From Octopus vulgaris (taxonomy: Eukaryota), in assembly GCA_951406725.2 (NCBI GenBank), contig OX597828.1:68200001-68264000 (forward strand): a stretch of 64,000 bases of DNA, in the 5' to 3' direction. Below the pieces are notes generated by a model that saw nothing but the letters and a program-made list of their open reading frames with translations, ran no database searches and was not told the DNA's origin. Both the position numbers and the translations under genes were made by a program. Positions 48,646 through 62,391 of this stretch are shown here, one piece after another. Position 1 is the first letter of the stretch; every line of letters begins with the position of its first letter.

Positions 48646-50340
48646 TTAGTTAAACAGTTTGGTGTAAATGTGATGAAATTCACCTGTCGTTTTATTCATT
48701 CCTCCAGGGTGTGATGATGTTAGTAATTCACAAATATATTTGTCCTCATACATTTTGAAAATTGGAAGTGTAGTAGATTCAGAATATTCTCTGAGAATGT
48801 GTACTTTCGGGTGTTCCTCAAAATTGCAGCCGCTTGATGTGAAATGTTTGGCAAGTTCTGTCGAACTGCTGCTATTGTGCCTGACGTCATACCTGTTCCC
48901 ATAGAATCTTTTGTTTAATTGTTCTGCTGTACAAATAACATAAATCAAGGTGTGTCTGGTGCATTCTGCTGTGTACACCAAATGTGAATCTTTACACATT
49001 CCACCTTCCATAGAAATCATAACATTTCTGTTTTGATTCATGATGGAATTTACTTGACTCATGTTGTTGAACAATGAACAGAGCTTACTTCTCTTGCAGC
49101 TGTTTTTCAAGGTACAGTGTTCAGAAACTCCAATGCTAGTTTCCTTGGAGTTAGAGGTAATGGTTAATATTTCTCTTATATTTTATTCTGTCTAAAGGCT
49201 AAAATAGGCAGCTGAGAGAATATTTGCTTAAAATGAAGATATTTTTCTGCAATGTGCTGTTAACCTTCATGTAACACACTTTTGAAATACCAGCAAAATT
49301 TCAGTGCCAATTGATCACTTAAGGAATTCTATCACAAATTTTACTTTGGTTGCAAAAATTATGCATGGAAGTTTGACTTTCCTAGCTAATCTTAACTATG
49401 TCATTTGCAATTTCTTTTAACCATGATTCACTGTAACCACGTTTGACATAATGGTATACAAAAGCATTTGCATGTTTCCAGTAATCCCCTGTATCAGTAC
49501 AAATACGTTTCATCCTCAAAAACTGGGATTTCGAATTTTACTGAATTATATGATGTGGATGATCGAAGTGGCGGTGGAGGTAAATGTGGGATGACATGGG
49601 CTTGCAAAATAACTCTGTCATTATTCTTCCCCCAGAAAACTTAACTTTTGTATCCAAAAATTCAATGCTAGTTTTTGAAAAACTAGAAGTAAATTTTATG
49701 CTAGACTTAAAGCCATAGTTTTTAGCATAACAGTCACAGAAATGCAAGAAGTCAATTAAACTATCCGGTGATCATTCCCAGACCAAAAAGACATCATCAC
49801 TGAACTGTGACCAGAGTATTGGTTCATGACCATGAAAGGATTTGAATGTCTTCAGTAACTGTGTCTCGAATTTCGTCATGAAAACATTAGCGAAATTAAC
49901 AGCCATGGAGGTACCCATAGCGCAACCACTCATCTGGTGGTAAAATTTTAGTCCAAATTTCATTATGTTACTTTGTTACACAAACCTCAATAGCCTACAG
50001 AGAAAATTAGATGAAATACCTTTGTTTAACAGTTTTTCGAAGGCATTAATACATGTTTCAACCCCTTCATCGTGGTCAATATTGGGATATAGTGAAGAAA
50101 CCAAAAAAACAGTTTACGATTACTTCAGTTCTTAGAAAAGTTGTTAATTTTGGACACAAAACCAAAAGTATCTTGAATATAGGAACTTGATCTTTTTGCT
50201 ACAAAGAGTAGAAAGCCATCCAGCCACTCCAAAATTTTGACTGTACAACATTCATATCTGCTGCAAATCGGGCGCATTGGAGGAAATTTTTCAAACTTTC
50301 TGTGAGTTTTGGGGAGACCATAAAATACAAGTGTTCTTTG
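48646..50340 (-). mobile_element. Decayed Penelope-like retroelement (RT + GIY-YIG endonuclease)
   Basis: Frameshifted ORFs with FYGLPKTH, PMRPICS, GCAMGTSMAVNFANVFM, WSQFSDDVF, IEFLDT, then LVYTAECTRHTLIYV...QLNKRF...YEDKYI...GGMN. Confidence 0.85.
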
Positions 50341-50399
50341 TTCTAACCATAAAATTATTATTATTATTATCATTATTATTTCTTTTATATAGATGAGGG

Positions 50400-51290
50400 G
50401 GACATCAAATGGATAGGAAATTTGTGTGGGGATTTATATAAAGAACGGGGAGAAAGAAATGGAATAGATAATGAAATGTGATAAAAGAATACACAGTATA
50501 TAAAGTATGTGATAACATGAATCATGCAGTCCACCTGATACAAGAGAAACTCCAACTAGGGCCAATCAAAGAACCCCACAGACCCAGGATTAACCTGACC
50601 ACCAAAGGCATCAGCCCTCTCCCACCTGCTGTTCTTCAATCTATAGGCGCATGCAATTCACTTTAACCGTTTCTGCCACAGTCACTCCTCTCACAAGTTT
50701 ACTAGGGGGTAGCATTTCTCTCTCCACTTTCACTTTCCTTTCCAAGTAGAACGTAAAAAGGTTGATAAGAGCTCAACCAAAGAGGAAGTTATCTTCCCTC
50801 AATCCTTTCAACCTCGCCCACCACAAAATCTCTTTCACCATAGCCACTTGACAGAGAAACACTGCCTGCCCTGCTTTGTTAAAGGTGAGTGGTTAGGCAA
50901 TCCTCACAATGGATTCGACCAATAGTCAGATTCTTCCAACACACGATAACAACTGTTTGACATAACTCCACAAGTCAGCAATACCCAGACATTGCATGAG
51001 TGCATGCAGAATGGTTTTGTCATTCTGTATGCATCTCAGACAATCCTACCTGACAGCATTTCATCCCTGTAGAATTTATCTCAAACTGGTCATGTTCCTT
51101 GGTAGCACTGCCAGGCCAGTTATCCATAGCAGTACCAGGCCCAAAAATCTTCCAAAATTGCTCTTACCCACCACAAAATCTCTATATATTACTACAAAAG
51201 AACCTTCACCAACTGTATTGCCCGACTAGTAGAGGGCAGTGAGTGTCTGATGATATTCCAGATGCCAGGCACCTAATCTTGGTCTTTAGT
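50400..51290 (-). mobile_element. Decayed L1/Tx1-like LINE 3' fragment
   Basis: Minus-strand residues VAMVKEILWWARLKGL...FTFYLERKVKVERE resemble a Tx1-type C-terminus; interrupted by stops. Confidence 0.5.
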
Positions 51291-51602
51291 ATTATTATTA
51301 TTATTCCTCGTTTAATGTCCGTTTTCCATGCTAGCATGGGTTGGACGGTTCGACTGGGTCTGGGAAGCCAGGAGGCTGCACTAGGCTCCAGTCTGATTTA
51401 GCAGTGTTTTTACAGCTGGATGCCCTTCCTAACGTCAACCATTCCATGAGTGTAGTGGGTGCTTTTTACATGCCACCAGCACAGGTGCCAGGGGAGGCTG
51501 GCAACGGCCACGATTGGTTAGTGTTTTTACGTGCCACCGGCATGGAAGCCAGTCAAGGCGGCGCTGGCATCGGCCACGTTCAGATGGTGCTTTTCCTGTG
51601 CC

Positions 51603-51651
<49 letters not shown>

Positions 51652-52068
51652 TCAATAATCAAATTTTTCCTGTTTCACACAATCTTGCATATTTTTCCAT
51701 TTCACAAATCATTGAAACAAAGGAAACGGTAATGTTCAAGCAAGCTGAAAGTGACTAAGATTTCAACTGTTCCACACTCACAAGAATGGAAATTCCACAT
51801 TGCTTCATTTGAATATTTTCTGGTCAGGACAAATCAAACGCCCACCAAATTCTTTCAATTGTATTGAGAAAATGCAAGAGCTGTAACTGATCTAACGAAG
51901 AAACACAAATATTGTAAGCAAATAACTTCTTTCTTTTTTAATTAAAGCTAAAATATAATTAACACATGAACTCTTAATGTAAGGCCAGACAATCAGAAAC
52001 AATTACAGAAAAACAAAAGATTTTGTTTTTTTTTAGAAATATCCAAGTTTTCTCTTTTATTTATCTAT

Positions 52069-52124
<56 letters not shown>

Positions 52125-52337
52125 TGTTTCAGTCATTTGACTGTGGCCATCCTGGGGCACCGCCTTTAGTCGAGCAAATCGACTCCAGGACTTATTCTTT
52201 GTAAGCCTAGTACTTATTCTATCAGGCTCTTTTGCCAAACCGCTAAGTGACAGGGACGTAAACACACCAGCATCAGTTGTCAAGTGATATTGGGGGGACA
52301 AACACAGACACACAAACATATACACACACATACATAC

Positions 52338-52385
<48 letters not shown>

Positions 52386-52895
52386 ATATATACTACAGGC
52401 TTCTTTCAGTTTCTGTCTACCAAATCCACTCACAAGGCTTTGGTCAGCACGAGGCTATAGTAGAAGACACTTGCCCAAGGTGCCACGCAGTGGGACTGAA
52501 CCCAGAACCATGTGGTTCATAAGCAAGCTACTTACCACACAGTCACTCCTACACCTATATATGTGTTACCTGCTTAATTATCTTCTCACCAATTTTTAAG
52601 ACAGAAGAGTGTTATTTGAGGATGATTTAGCTGCTCTTTCTAAAACGTTGGGCAACAACACATAAAAGCTTCCTTTTTATAAGTCAGCTCAGAGGCGAGA
52701 AGAAATAAATAGCTATTTTGATGATGACAACACCTCCACCACCAACATACAAAAAGTCCATTGAAGATTTTTTGATATTCTATAGCATTGTCATGTGGAT
52801 TTGATGCCACTAAAAAAACAACTCCTCACTTGTAATGCTTTTTAATTCCAATGCCATCAGTACTGTATATTAACGTATATTAGTAATATTATTTG

Positions 52896-53284
52896 CCCAT
52901 TCTAGTAGGGTGCCAAGAGCACCATCCAAGCATGATCGTTGCCAGAGTAGCCAACTGGCTTCCGTGCCATGGCACGTAAAAGGGCACCATTCGAGCGTGA
53001 TCGTTACCGGCATCACCTTACTGGCACCTGTGCCAGTGGCATGTGTAAAAAGATTCGAGCGAGGGCATTGCCAGTACCGCCTGACTGGCCCCTGTGCCGG
53101 TGGCATGTAAAAAGCACCCACTACACTCTCGGAGTGGTTGGCATTAGGAAGGGCATCCAGCTGTAGAAACTCTGCCAGATCAAGATTGGAGCCTGGTTCA
53201 CCAGCCCTCAGTCAAAATCGTCCAGCCCATGCTAGCATGGAAAGCGGACGTTAAACGATGACATTAAATGATGATGATGATGAT
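52896..53284 (+). mobile_element. RTE-related SINE family A with (GAT)n tail, representative copy
   Basis: About 20 copies, e.g. 1140-1380, 10570-10921, 16148-16455, 20600-20876, 22281-22579, 23355-23586, 35656-35923, 38040-38261, 38771-39092, 51308-51600, 57256-57640, 59873-60225; shared GGTTGGCGTTAGGAAGGGCATCCAGCTG...GGACGTTAAACGATGATG. Confidence 0.85.
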
Positions 53285-53625
53285 ATCAATGGTTTTAAGT
53301 TGTAAATCTGGCCAAAGCTTTTTCAATAATTCCAAATTATTTAAAACAACAGATTTATGTACTTTCACTCAAAGACTAAACACAACACACAGCACAGAAC
53401 CACTGATAAATATATTTTTAGAAACAGATTTTCATGTTGGCGGAAGCAGCAGTAGCCATCATCGTCAGAACAGTAAATTAGCAGAATCGTTAGAACTTCA
53501 GAAAAATACTCCACAGTATTTGTTTTGGCTCTATATTTTCTGAGTTCAAATTTTTACTGAGGTCAAGTTTCCTCAGATTCCTTCAGGGTTCAAAAAATAT
53601 CCTTTCTTCTGCCAAATTTGGAAAC

Positions 53626-53659
<34 letters not shown>

Positions 53660-53955
53660 GTTATTATTATTATTGTTAATAATAATAATAAAAATAAAGG
53701 CAGCAAGCTGGCAGAATTGTTAGCATACCAAGCAAAATGCTAAGCAGCATTTTTTGCCTGTCTTTAACTTCTGAGTTCAAATTCCACCAAAGTCGACTTT
53801 GCCTTTCATCCTTTCAGGGTTGATATAATAAGTACCAGTTGAACACTGGGGTTGATGGAATTGACTTACTGCCATCCACTGAACTTGTTGGCTTTGTGCC
53901 AAAATTTAAAATCATTAAAATTATTATTATTATTATTACTATTATTATTGAGTTA

Positions 53956-54487
53956 GAGAGCAGTGCATGCCTTCAAAATGATACTGGGGTACAAATATAC
54001 AAAGTCCAATATACCCATCATGATTACATAACTGATAAGGGTACACCAGGCACATGCATCACAACCATATGTGCACAACATGGTGATCTCATATCAAGAT
54101 ATGCAGTGCATGACCTTGCAGGTGGGGCCCAGTTGGAATTTTCTTCAGGTTGAGTAGCCCATCCTGCTCAAAAGGCCTCTGAATAAGGGTGGTTAAAGGA
54201 TGTTGAATGAAGCTCCTATGTTTCCAGAGGTCAATTATTCAAATCTCCCAAAATTTCCTCTCAACACATGGCTATGATGCTCTGCTAATACTCGTGCTTG
54301 TGATCAGAGATGCACATATTGTCAGCCACTAAGGGACATGTTCAACTGGTTATGGTCAAGCAACTGACAAGTAAATCTGTTGTATTGGGCAGAATATTTG
54401 CTGTGGCCCATCTTTTATACCAAAACAAAATATGTACATGATAACACTTCCAATCAATTAAGATCAGAAGCCATGAGAGCCATTGCT
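53956..54487. repeat. Unclassified ~530-bp interspersed repeat (second copy 20170-21191, interrupted)
   Basis: Two colinear similar copies in the window. Confidence 0.8.
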
Positions 54488-54986
54488 GGCCTTGCTCCAA
54501 AATTTGAAACCATCATTATGATGATGATGGTGGTGGTGGTGGTGGTGATGGTGGTGGTGTACTATCTCAAATAACTTTCCTTCAGTCAGTTTATCATACC
54601 CACCACCTCAATAATGAAAGATAAAATGAAATCAAACTAAAGTAAAAATTTAAATAAAATCTCATTTTATTTACAAGTCAGAGACAAAAGTCATTTCTAT
54701 AAATTTGACTAAAAAAAAATGTGTTTTTCCTGACAAAATTAATTTCTTTCAGCTAAATTAACAATTTAGATATTTTAATAAATTATCAAAATTCTTCAAT
54801 CAACATTTTATCTTGAAATAACCAAAGAGAGTGAGCCTCATACACAGGAGTAAATTTACCCCCCAAGGGGCCGGTGATAAATATGTCAGAAAATTCAGAA
54901 TTAATTTGGTCAGTCTGGAATGGAGGGAGTCAAGGACAGAAAAGAGGTTAAGAGGTATTGACTTACTAAAACTTACTAAATTCTAT

Positions 54987-55165
54987 AATTTAAATAGATA
55001 TTTACAAAACTATCTAATTAAATATCTACATAAATTATATCTAATTAAATAGATATTTACAAAGTCATATCTAATTAAATAGATATTTATATAAAATATA
55101 TCTAATTAGATATTTACACAAATCATATCTAATTAGATATTTATATAAATTATACCTAATTAAAT
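54987..55165. repeat. AT-rich minisatellite, ~27-31-bp unit (TATCTAATTAAATAGATATTTAC...)
   Basis: About 6 tandem imperfect units. Confidence 0.8.
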
Positions 55166-56269
55166 TGACATATTAAAGGAATACGTTGGCAACTTATGTA
55201 ACCTAATGAATTTACGCTTTTAGTCATTTCACTCACTGGGCTTTGGTTATGCCGGAGCACAGCCTAGTTAGGTTAATCAAGCAAACCAATTCCAGTACTT
55301 TGCCAAACCACTAAGATATGGGGACATAAACAAACCAACACTGAATGTCAAATGGTAGGGAGACAAACATAAACACAAAGGCGTGCACACACACACGCAC
55401 ACACGATGGGCTTCTGCACAGTTTCTCTCTACTAAATCCACTCACAAGGCATTGTTTGGTCCAGAACTATTAATAGAAGACACATGGCGTAAGACTGGAC
55501 CCAAAATTGTGAAGCCATAGCTGTGACCTTCAAATCTTTTATTGGTCAAATGTAAAACCCCAAACAAAATATACCAGAAGGTTAATAGGAAACAAAATTA
55601 AATCTTTTCTCTATTTTTACTTAACCCTTTCATTACCAACCCGGCTGAAACCGGCTCTGGCTTTGAGTATAAATGTCGTGTTTTCATAAGTTTTGATTTA
55701 AAATCTTCCACCAAACCTTAGTCACAATTTATGTCCCTAACACTGGCTTAATGATAACTAAGTTATTTTACTAAATTCTTTGTTATATTTAAAGTAATTG
55801 AAAGAAACACAGAGCATCTCAAAATAAATACAGTAACAAATGGGTTAAATGTACTGCTGTCTTTGTCCTCTAATGACAGACCAGTAAAAACAAGTTATAA
55901 ATGACTAATTCAGCAGGAAATTCTCTGAAGGTATTGGATAAATTCTCTTTGTCTACATGGAATAATATTACCATCATATGCTGATAGTTAATTAATAACT
56001 TAAAATATTGTTTAATTACTTTGTTATTTATGGTATTTCAATGAAATGTGAGATTTTTCTCATTCTTCAACCATTCACTTTAAGAAACTGGTGAATGGAA
56101 ATAAGCTCACAAGAAAAAATGTCAAATTCTTAAAGTAATTAAACAACATTTTAATTGACAATAAATGACTGGTACGCAATCACAATATACAAGTTCCATG
56201 CTGGCATGGGTTGCACAGTTTGACAAGGACATGATGAGTCGAAGGACTGCATCACGCTCAAATGACACC

Positions 56270-56484
56270 GCTCCGCTGGCTAAGCGAGCAGGCCAACAGA
56301 AGAAAGAGTGAGAGAAAGTTGTGGCGAAAGAGTACAGGAGGGATCGCCACCACCCCCTGCCAAAGCCTCGGGGAGCTTTAGATGTTTTCGCTCAATAAAC
56401 ACTCACAACGCCCGGTCTGGGAATCGAAACCGCGATCCTACAACCGCATGTCCACTGCTCTAACCACTGGGCCATTGCACCTCC
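56270..56484 (-). mobile_element. tRNA-derived SINE family D
   Basis: A box TGGCCCAGTGG and B box GTTTCGATTCC followed by a non-tRNA body. Confidence 0.7.
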
Positions 56485-56703
56485 ACATATGTGCATTTAT
56501 GTATATGCATGTATTTATTTACATACATACATGCATATTCTCCCCATGATTTGACGAACCACAAGTAATGCCCAAAGTTTTTTCTTTTTCTTTTTCCCTT
56601 TTGTTTTTGTCCCCCCTTTTGATAAGTTGTGACAATTCACAAGTAACAACCTAAAAAATTTAATGGAGCTTCCTGATTCGTGTAAAATGGTAATTGTCTA
56701 CAT

Positions 56704-56905
56704 CAGTGGTTTTCAACCAGGGTTCCGCCAATACAGTCCAGGGGTTCCGCAAGAAGTTACAAAACTGCTAAAATCGGCAGTAATTTTTAATTCTCCTGTG
56801 CAGATTATGTGTGCATAAGACTATTAAATTATTGCACAGGGGTTCCTCGAGCCAGTGGAATGTTTCCTTGGGGTTCCGCTCCAGCAAAAAGTTTGAAAAG
56901 CACTG
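56704..56905. mobile_element. hAT (Charlie-like) MITE
   Basis: TIRs CAGTGGTTTTCAA / TTGAAAAGCACTG; perfect 8-bp TSD GTCTACAT. Confidence 0.9.
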
Positions 56906-57959
56906 GTCTACATGACTAGTAAAAAGATATGAATGCAAATTTCTGAGGAAGCATACACATGTAATGGTGGCATACTCAAAATTCACAGATATTATAAATG
57001 ATATCTAATAATATCCTATGGGTGTGAAAATGTCCTCACAAACATGCAGAAACATATGACACAGGACATTAATAAAGTCAAAAAATTTCCATCCACACAG
57101 AGTTTGCTTTGGGCAAAAGCTTTGTAATGTGCTCTTAAAAGCTCCTATGCTTCTTGTCAGTTACCACATGTTAACTCCATCTTTTGGGGGTAATCCAATG
57201 GTATGGGTATACATGTGGAACTCCTTTTAGTTTAGGATATATATAATAATAACATATCATCATCGTCGTCGTCGTTTAACATCCGCTTTCCATGCTAGCA
57301 TGGGTAGGACGATTTGACTGAGGGCTGGCAAACCAGATGGCTGCACCAATCTTGATCTGGGAGAGTTTCTACAGCTGGATGCCCTTCCTAACGCCAACCA
57401 CTCCGAGAGTGTAGTGAGTGCTTTTATGTGCCACTGGCACATTAAACATGCCAACGGCACAGGTGCCAATAAGGCGATGCTGGTAAGGATCACGCTCGAA
57501 TGGTGCCCTTTTATGTTCCACTGGCATGGAAGCCGATTAGCCACTCTGGCAACGATCACGCTTGGATGGTGCTCTTAGCACCCTACTAGCACGGGGCACA
57601 AGAACCAGTAAGGCGAAGCTGGCAACGGTCACACGGATGGAAATTCATAGGTTTGAATTATGCATTGCAATGTAAGTTTCTACACCACACACCATCATTA
57701 GGTTGCTATTTTCATATTCATATAACATTATTTAAGATTAGCCTCAATAATTATGTATTTGAATACAGTTTTAGATCTATTGCTTGGGCGGATGCTTCTT
57801 CAGGCAGGACATTACTAAAGTACTATTAGCCAGATCCATTGACCTTAAGGACACAAACCATTTTACACCAATCAAATAATTTCATTCCATTGGTGGATGT
57901 AACTTATGACTAGCCAAAGAGAGACAAAAACCAAAAAAAAAGCAGAAATCCTCATCAAC

Positions 57960-58690
57960 TGGTGGGTGTTGCTTATGAAAAAATAGGTAGGTAAACTTCC
58001 TGAGATCCATGGATGAGTTCTCTCCAGCGGTCTTTGTTCCTCATCATCACTGCCACGTCCTGTGTCTCCCAGAGACCAGTGTCTGTCCTTAGGGCATCAA
58101 CATATGTCATCCTCAGCCACCTCTTCTAGTGTGTCCATGAATAGGCCCACACAGAAGCAGTGAGTGCAATATCAACTCTGAATGATGGTGAGCATGTCCA
58201 GTCAACCTCAGTCTCCTCCATGTTATTTTTGAGCTAACTATTGAGAGGCTCTCGTACAGCTCTGAGTTCTTCATCCTCAGTGTATATTGATTAACCCTTT
58301 TGTTACTAACCCAGCCAAAACCGGCTCTGGCTCTGTGGTAAAATGTCTTGTTTTCATAAGTTTTGAATTAAGCCTTAGTCACAATTTATGTTCCTAACAC
58401 TAGCTTAATGATAACTAAGTTATTTTACTAAATTCTTTGTTATATTTTAAATAATTGAAAGAAACACAGAAGATCTCAAAATAAATACAGTAACGAAAGG
58501 GTTAATGTCCAGAGCCATCCTCAGTATTCTCATGTAGCACCCATCCACCATCTGAGTGAGTTTCTTGGTCAGTGTCCAAGTCTCAGACCCATACAACAGC
58601 ACCGACTCCACAGCAGCAGCAGCAATGAAGACACAGATCTTCAGGTCCATACGGATCTCAAACTGTGGCATGCCACACAGGCTTTGCTCT
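57960..58690 (-). mobile_element. Decayed RTE-like LINE 3' fragment split by a TTAA MITE
   Basis: [17 protein letters not shown]...DGCYMRILRMALDIN|...RRLRLTGHA. Confidence 0.75.
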
Positions 58691-58859
58691 TCCCTCTCAA
58701 TCATTCACCCTCTGTGTTCCCAATTTTTGCTCCCAGATACAGGACATCCTCAACCAACTCTAGTCACTTCCTCTCTACATTCATAGTCCTTCCTGGCTTA
58801 TACCAGTTACTTCGTCTTGATTCCATTCATTTTCAGCCCCACCCACACTCATTGACACA

Positions 58860-58937
<78 letters not shown>

Positions 58938-60282
58938 ACCATGAGATTCCATTAGAAATAATAGTAAAACTTAGCATTTTTAGGAAGTGTGGAAGTTTTT
59001 GTAGATTTCTCTAATTTCATACTTGCTCTGTTACTGTCTGCCCAACATACTTGCAGTTTACTACTACCATTAGTTGTCTGCACCCCCAATGTACACATAA
59101 CACTACACTTACCCGACTCAAGAGTAACACATCTGTTAAATATCATGCTAAAACCTCTGCTCTTGGCATCAATTTAATCTACAATAGAAACCATGAGCCA
59201 ACAATGGAGTCTCTTCATCAACAATTCTCAAACTGTTCTACTCCATGGCTGACATACTTAAAGAAAGTGCTAAATATCTTACAACACAATCATCAGTTTT
59301 CTTAACAGTTTTATTACATAAAAATTGAACAATGAATTTGTTTTAAAATAAAATGGATGCACATTTATTCTACTCAGCCATAAAACAATGCACATGCACG
59401 AGTGAAGTGCAAAATGCATTAAAAATACTTTAGTATCCAACAAAGTAAATGCTTTTATGTGGCCATTAAATCTGCTAGAAATAGCAGCAACAAAATTTCT
59501 CTGAAAGCGCAACCTACAATCTTGAAAGAAGGAAATGGCACAGCAGATAATGTTGTCACAGATGCCTGGACAGAAAAATGGTGTAGAATACTCACAACTA
59601 GGATGTTTTTGAACACGGGTCTGTACAAGGTTAACCTTAGGCTAAACAACAACAATGAAATGATGTATAATAGCATTCAGTGAATATCAAATAGTTGTTG
59701 TTTCAGCCATAGATCATAAGTCTGATCAAAGATGTTCCACTAATGACCATCCTGTCAAATATTTAGTGCACCTAAGACTACATAATCCATTGTATCATTA
59801 CAATTACTTTAGTCCAGTAAAAGAATAAAACAGTGTGTGTGTGTGTGTGTGCGCACATGTTTGTGTATTATTATCATCATCATCATCATCATCGTTTAAC
59901 GTCCGCTTTCCATGCTGGCATGGGTTGGATGGTTCAACTGGGGTCTGGGAAGCCAGAAGGCTGCACCAGGCTCCAATCTTGATCTGGCAGTGTTTCTACA
60001 GCTGGATGCCCTTCCTAACGCCAACCACTCTGAGAGTGTAGTGGGTGTTTTTTATGTGCCACCAGCACAGGTGCCAGGCAAGGCTGGCAATGGCTACGAT
60101 CGGTTGGTGCTTTTTATGTGCCACTGGCACGGAGGCCAGTCGGGGCGGCGCTGGCAATGGCCACATTCGGATAGTTCTTTTATGTGCCACCGGCACTGGT
60201 ATCACAACTACAATTTCCATTGATTTTGAGCGAAGTTACAGAAAGAGTTATAACCTAATTAACAATAAAAAGAATTAGACTA

Positions 60283-61730
60283 GATGAGACACCGTTTGGT
60301 TCGGTACCAGGAAGAAGCATTACTGATACTCTCTTTCTAGTGAAACAACTGCAAGATAAGTATCTAGTTGAAAGTAAGCCACTGTACTAAGCATTTGTTG
60401 ACCAGAAGAAAACCTTCTCAGGGTCCTTCACTCCTTTGTCTGGTGGTCTCTGAGGAAGGTTGTGAGAACCATACAAGCCATGTACAGGAGTGATGTCTGC
60501 AAGGCGAGTTAACAATGAGTACAGTAATGAATTAACTGTACAGGTAGGAGTTCACCAAAGTTCAGTTCTCAGTTCCCTCCTACTGATCATAGTTCTCCAT
60601 GCCATGACAGAGGAATTTAAGCTCTGATACTCTTAGGAAATGCTATATGCTGATGATGCCATTCTTATAGTGGAATCTGAAGTAGAAACAGAGGAAAAAA
60701 TTCCAGATGTGAAAGCAAAAACTGAAATCAAAAGTTAACTCAGCAAGGACCAAAATTCTAGTAAACAGAAAAATATAGAGGACTACCTATTTCTTTATTG
60801 CCCACAAGGGGCTAAACACAGAGGGGACAAACAAGGACAGACAAACGGATTAAGTCGATTACATTGACCCCAGTGCGTAACTGGTACTTATTTAATCATC
60901 CCCGAAAGGATAAAAGGCAAAGTCGACCTCGGCGGAATTTGAACTCACAATGCAACGACAGACGAAATACCGCTAAGCATTTCGCCCGGCGTGGTAACGT
61001 TTCTGCCAGCTCGCTGCCTCAGTGGACTACCTACTTTTCAAAAATGGCCCACCTCGATAGAAAGGAAAAACATAGATAGAAATTCCATATGGTGTACACA
61101 GAGAGGTGAAGTGGAATCATAAGCAGGTTAACAGAGAACATGGATTTTGTATGTGGCAGAAGTGCAAGAGCAATAAATATTAAGAATATATTGCAAATTA
61201 AGTGACCTAATTAGCAGAGGAGGAGGATATGCTGAAAGTATAGTTACTATAATAAAAACCAGCAGGAGAAAGTTCAGAGAGCAGTTACTTTTGTTGGTAA
61301 TAAAATGTTTCTCTCTCTCTCTCTCTCTCAGTGAAAGACATGGTATGCTGCTTGCATATAAATAGCAGAAAGACATAGATTCTGAATTGCAGAAAACATA
61401 CAAAGACTGGAAAGGAACACAGCTAGTATGCTCAGTTGGATGTGCAATACCTGTGTGCATGCATGACAGTGCAAATGTGCTGAGAGAAAAATCAGGCATG
61501 AGAGGGATCAAATGTAGTGTGCAAAAGAGAAGACTGCATTGGTATGGTTATGTAATGCATATAGATGCAGATAGTTGTATAAAAAGCCAATAACTTAGTG
61601 GATAGGACTTGTGAAAGAGGGAGACCCAGGGAGACATGTGACAAAGTAGTGAAGGCTGATCTGAACATATTGAGCCTTGTGGAGAAATGACAGAAGACTA
61701 AGAGGATTGGTGATTCCTTGTGCTAAAGAA
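60283..61730 (+). mobile_element. Decayed RTE/BovB-like LINE RT fragments with an inserted SINE
   Basis: PGRSITD.LFLVKQLQDKY, AFVD, VGVHQSSVLS, MLYADD, RRLHWYGYVM. Confidence 0.75.
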
Positions 61731-62391
61731 GAGCCATCCACCACAGTGAAAGATCCTATATACATTATGTTTAAGTCCATACACTCACCAGGCCTTGCAC
61801 TCTATCTATCCCTGCCAAGCCTCCTTCCCCAACTCTAATTTTCCAAACACCGATCCCTCCACCCTTCTAACCACAGCACTATTTAGCTGCAGTAATATGA
61901 GAACAGAATCTGTTGTACACATTTCACTCCCCTACCAGTTACCTCCCATTATCCCTAGAACTACTCCCTTTCAAAATCCATCTCCCATTCTCACTATCCT
62001 CCCTTCCCACTCTATCAGCCTTCAGCCTCTCCTTTCTCTACCTCCAGTTATCTCTTCCTCTCCTCTGAGTTACATCTCAGGACTGTCATACCCCATTTCT
62101 AATACACTCCCTTATCTGCTGTCATTCTCAATACCCTTTCATATCTGCAGTCCACTGAATGCCCTGACACACACAAACCTTGGCCCTCCGCTCACCCTAG
62201 CGATTTCTATGTACATCTGACATCTATTTCGCTCCACTCTCTCACCATTCACATTATCTTCGTATTTTCTCATCTATCTACAGGCTCTTTATACTACTAT
62301 TCACCAGTGTTCCTGTCCTGCCACTTATCACCTCCTTCTTTCTGAGCTGCTCCGATATCTTTTACCTTATCTCCCCATACTAATATGTACC

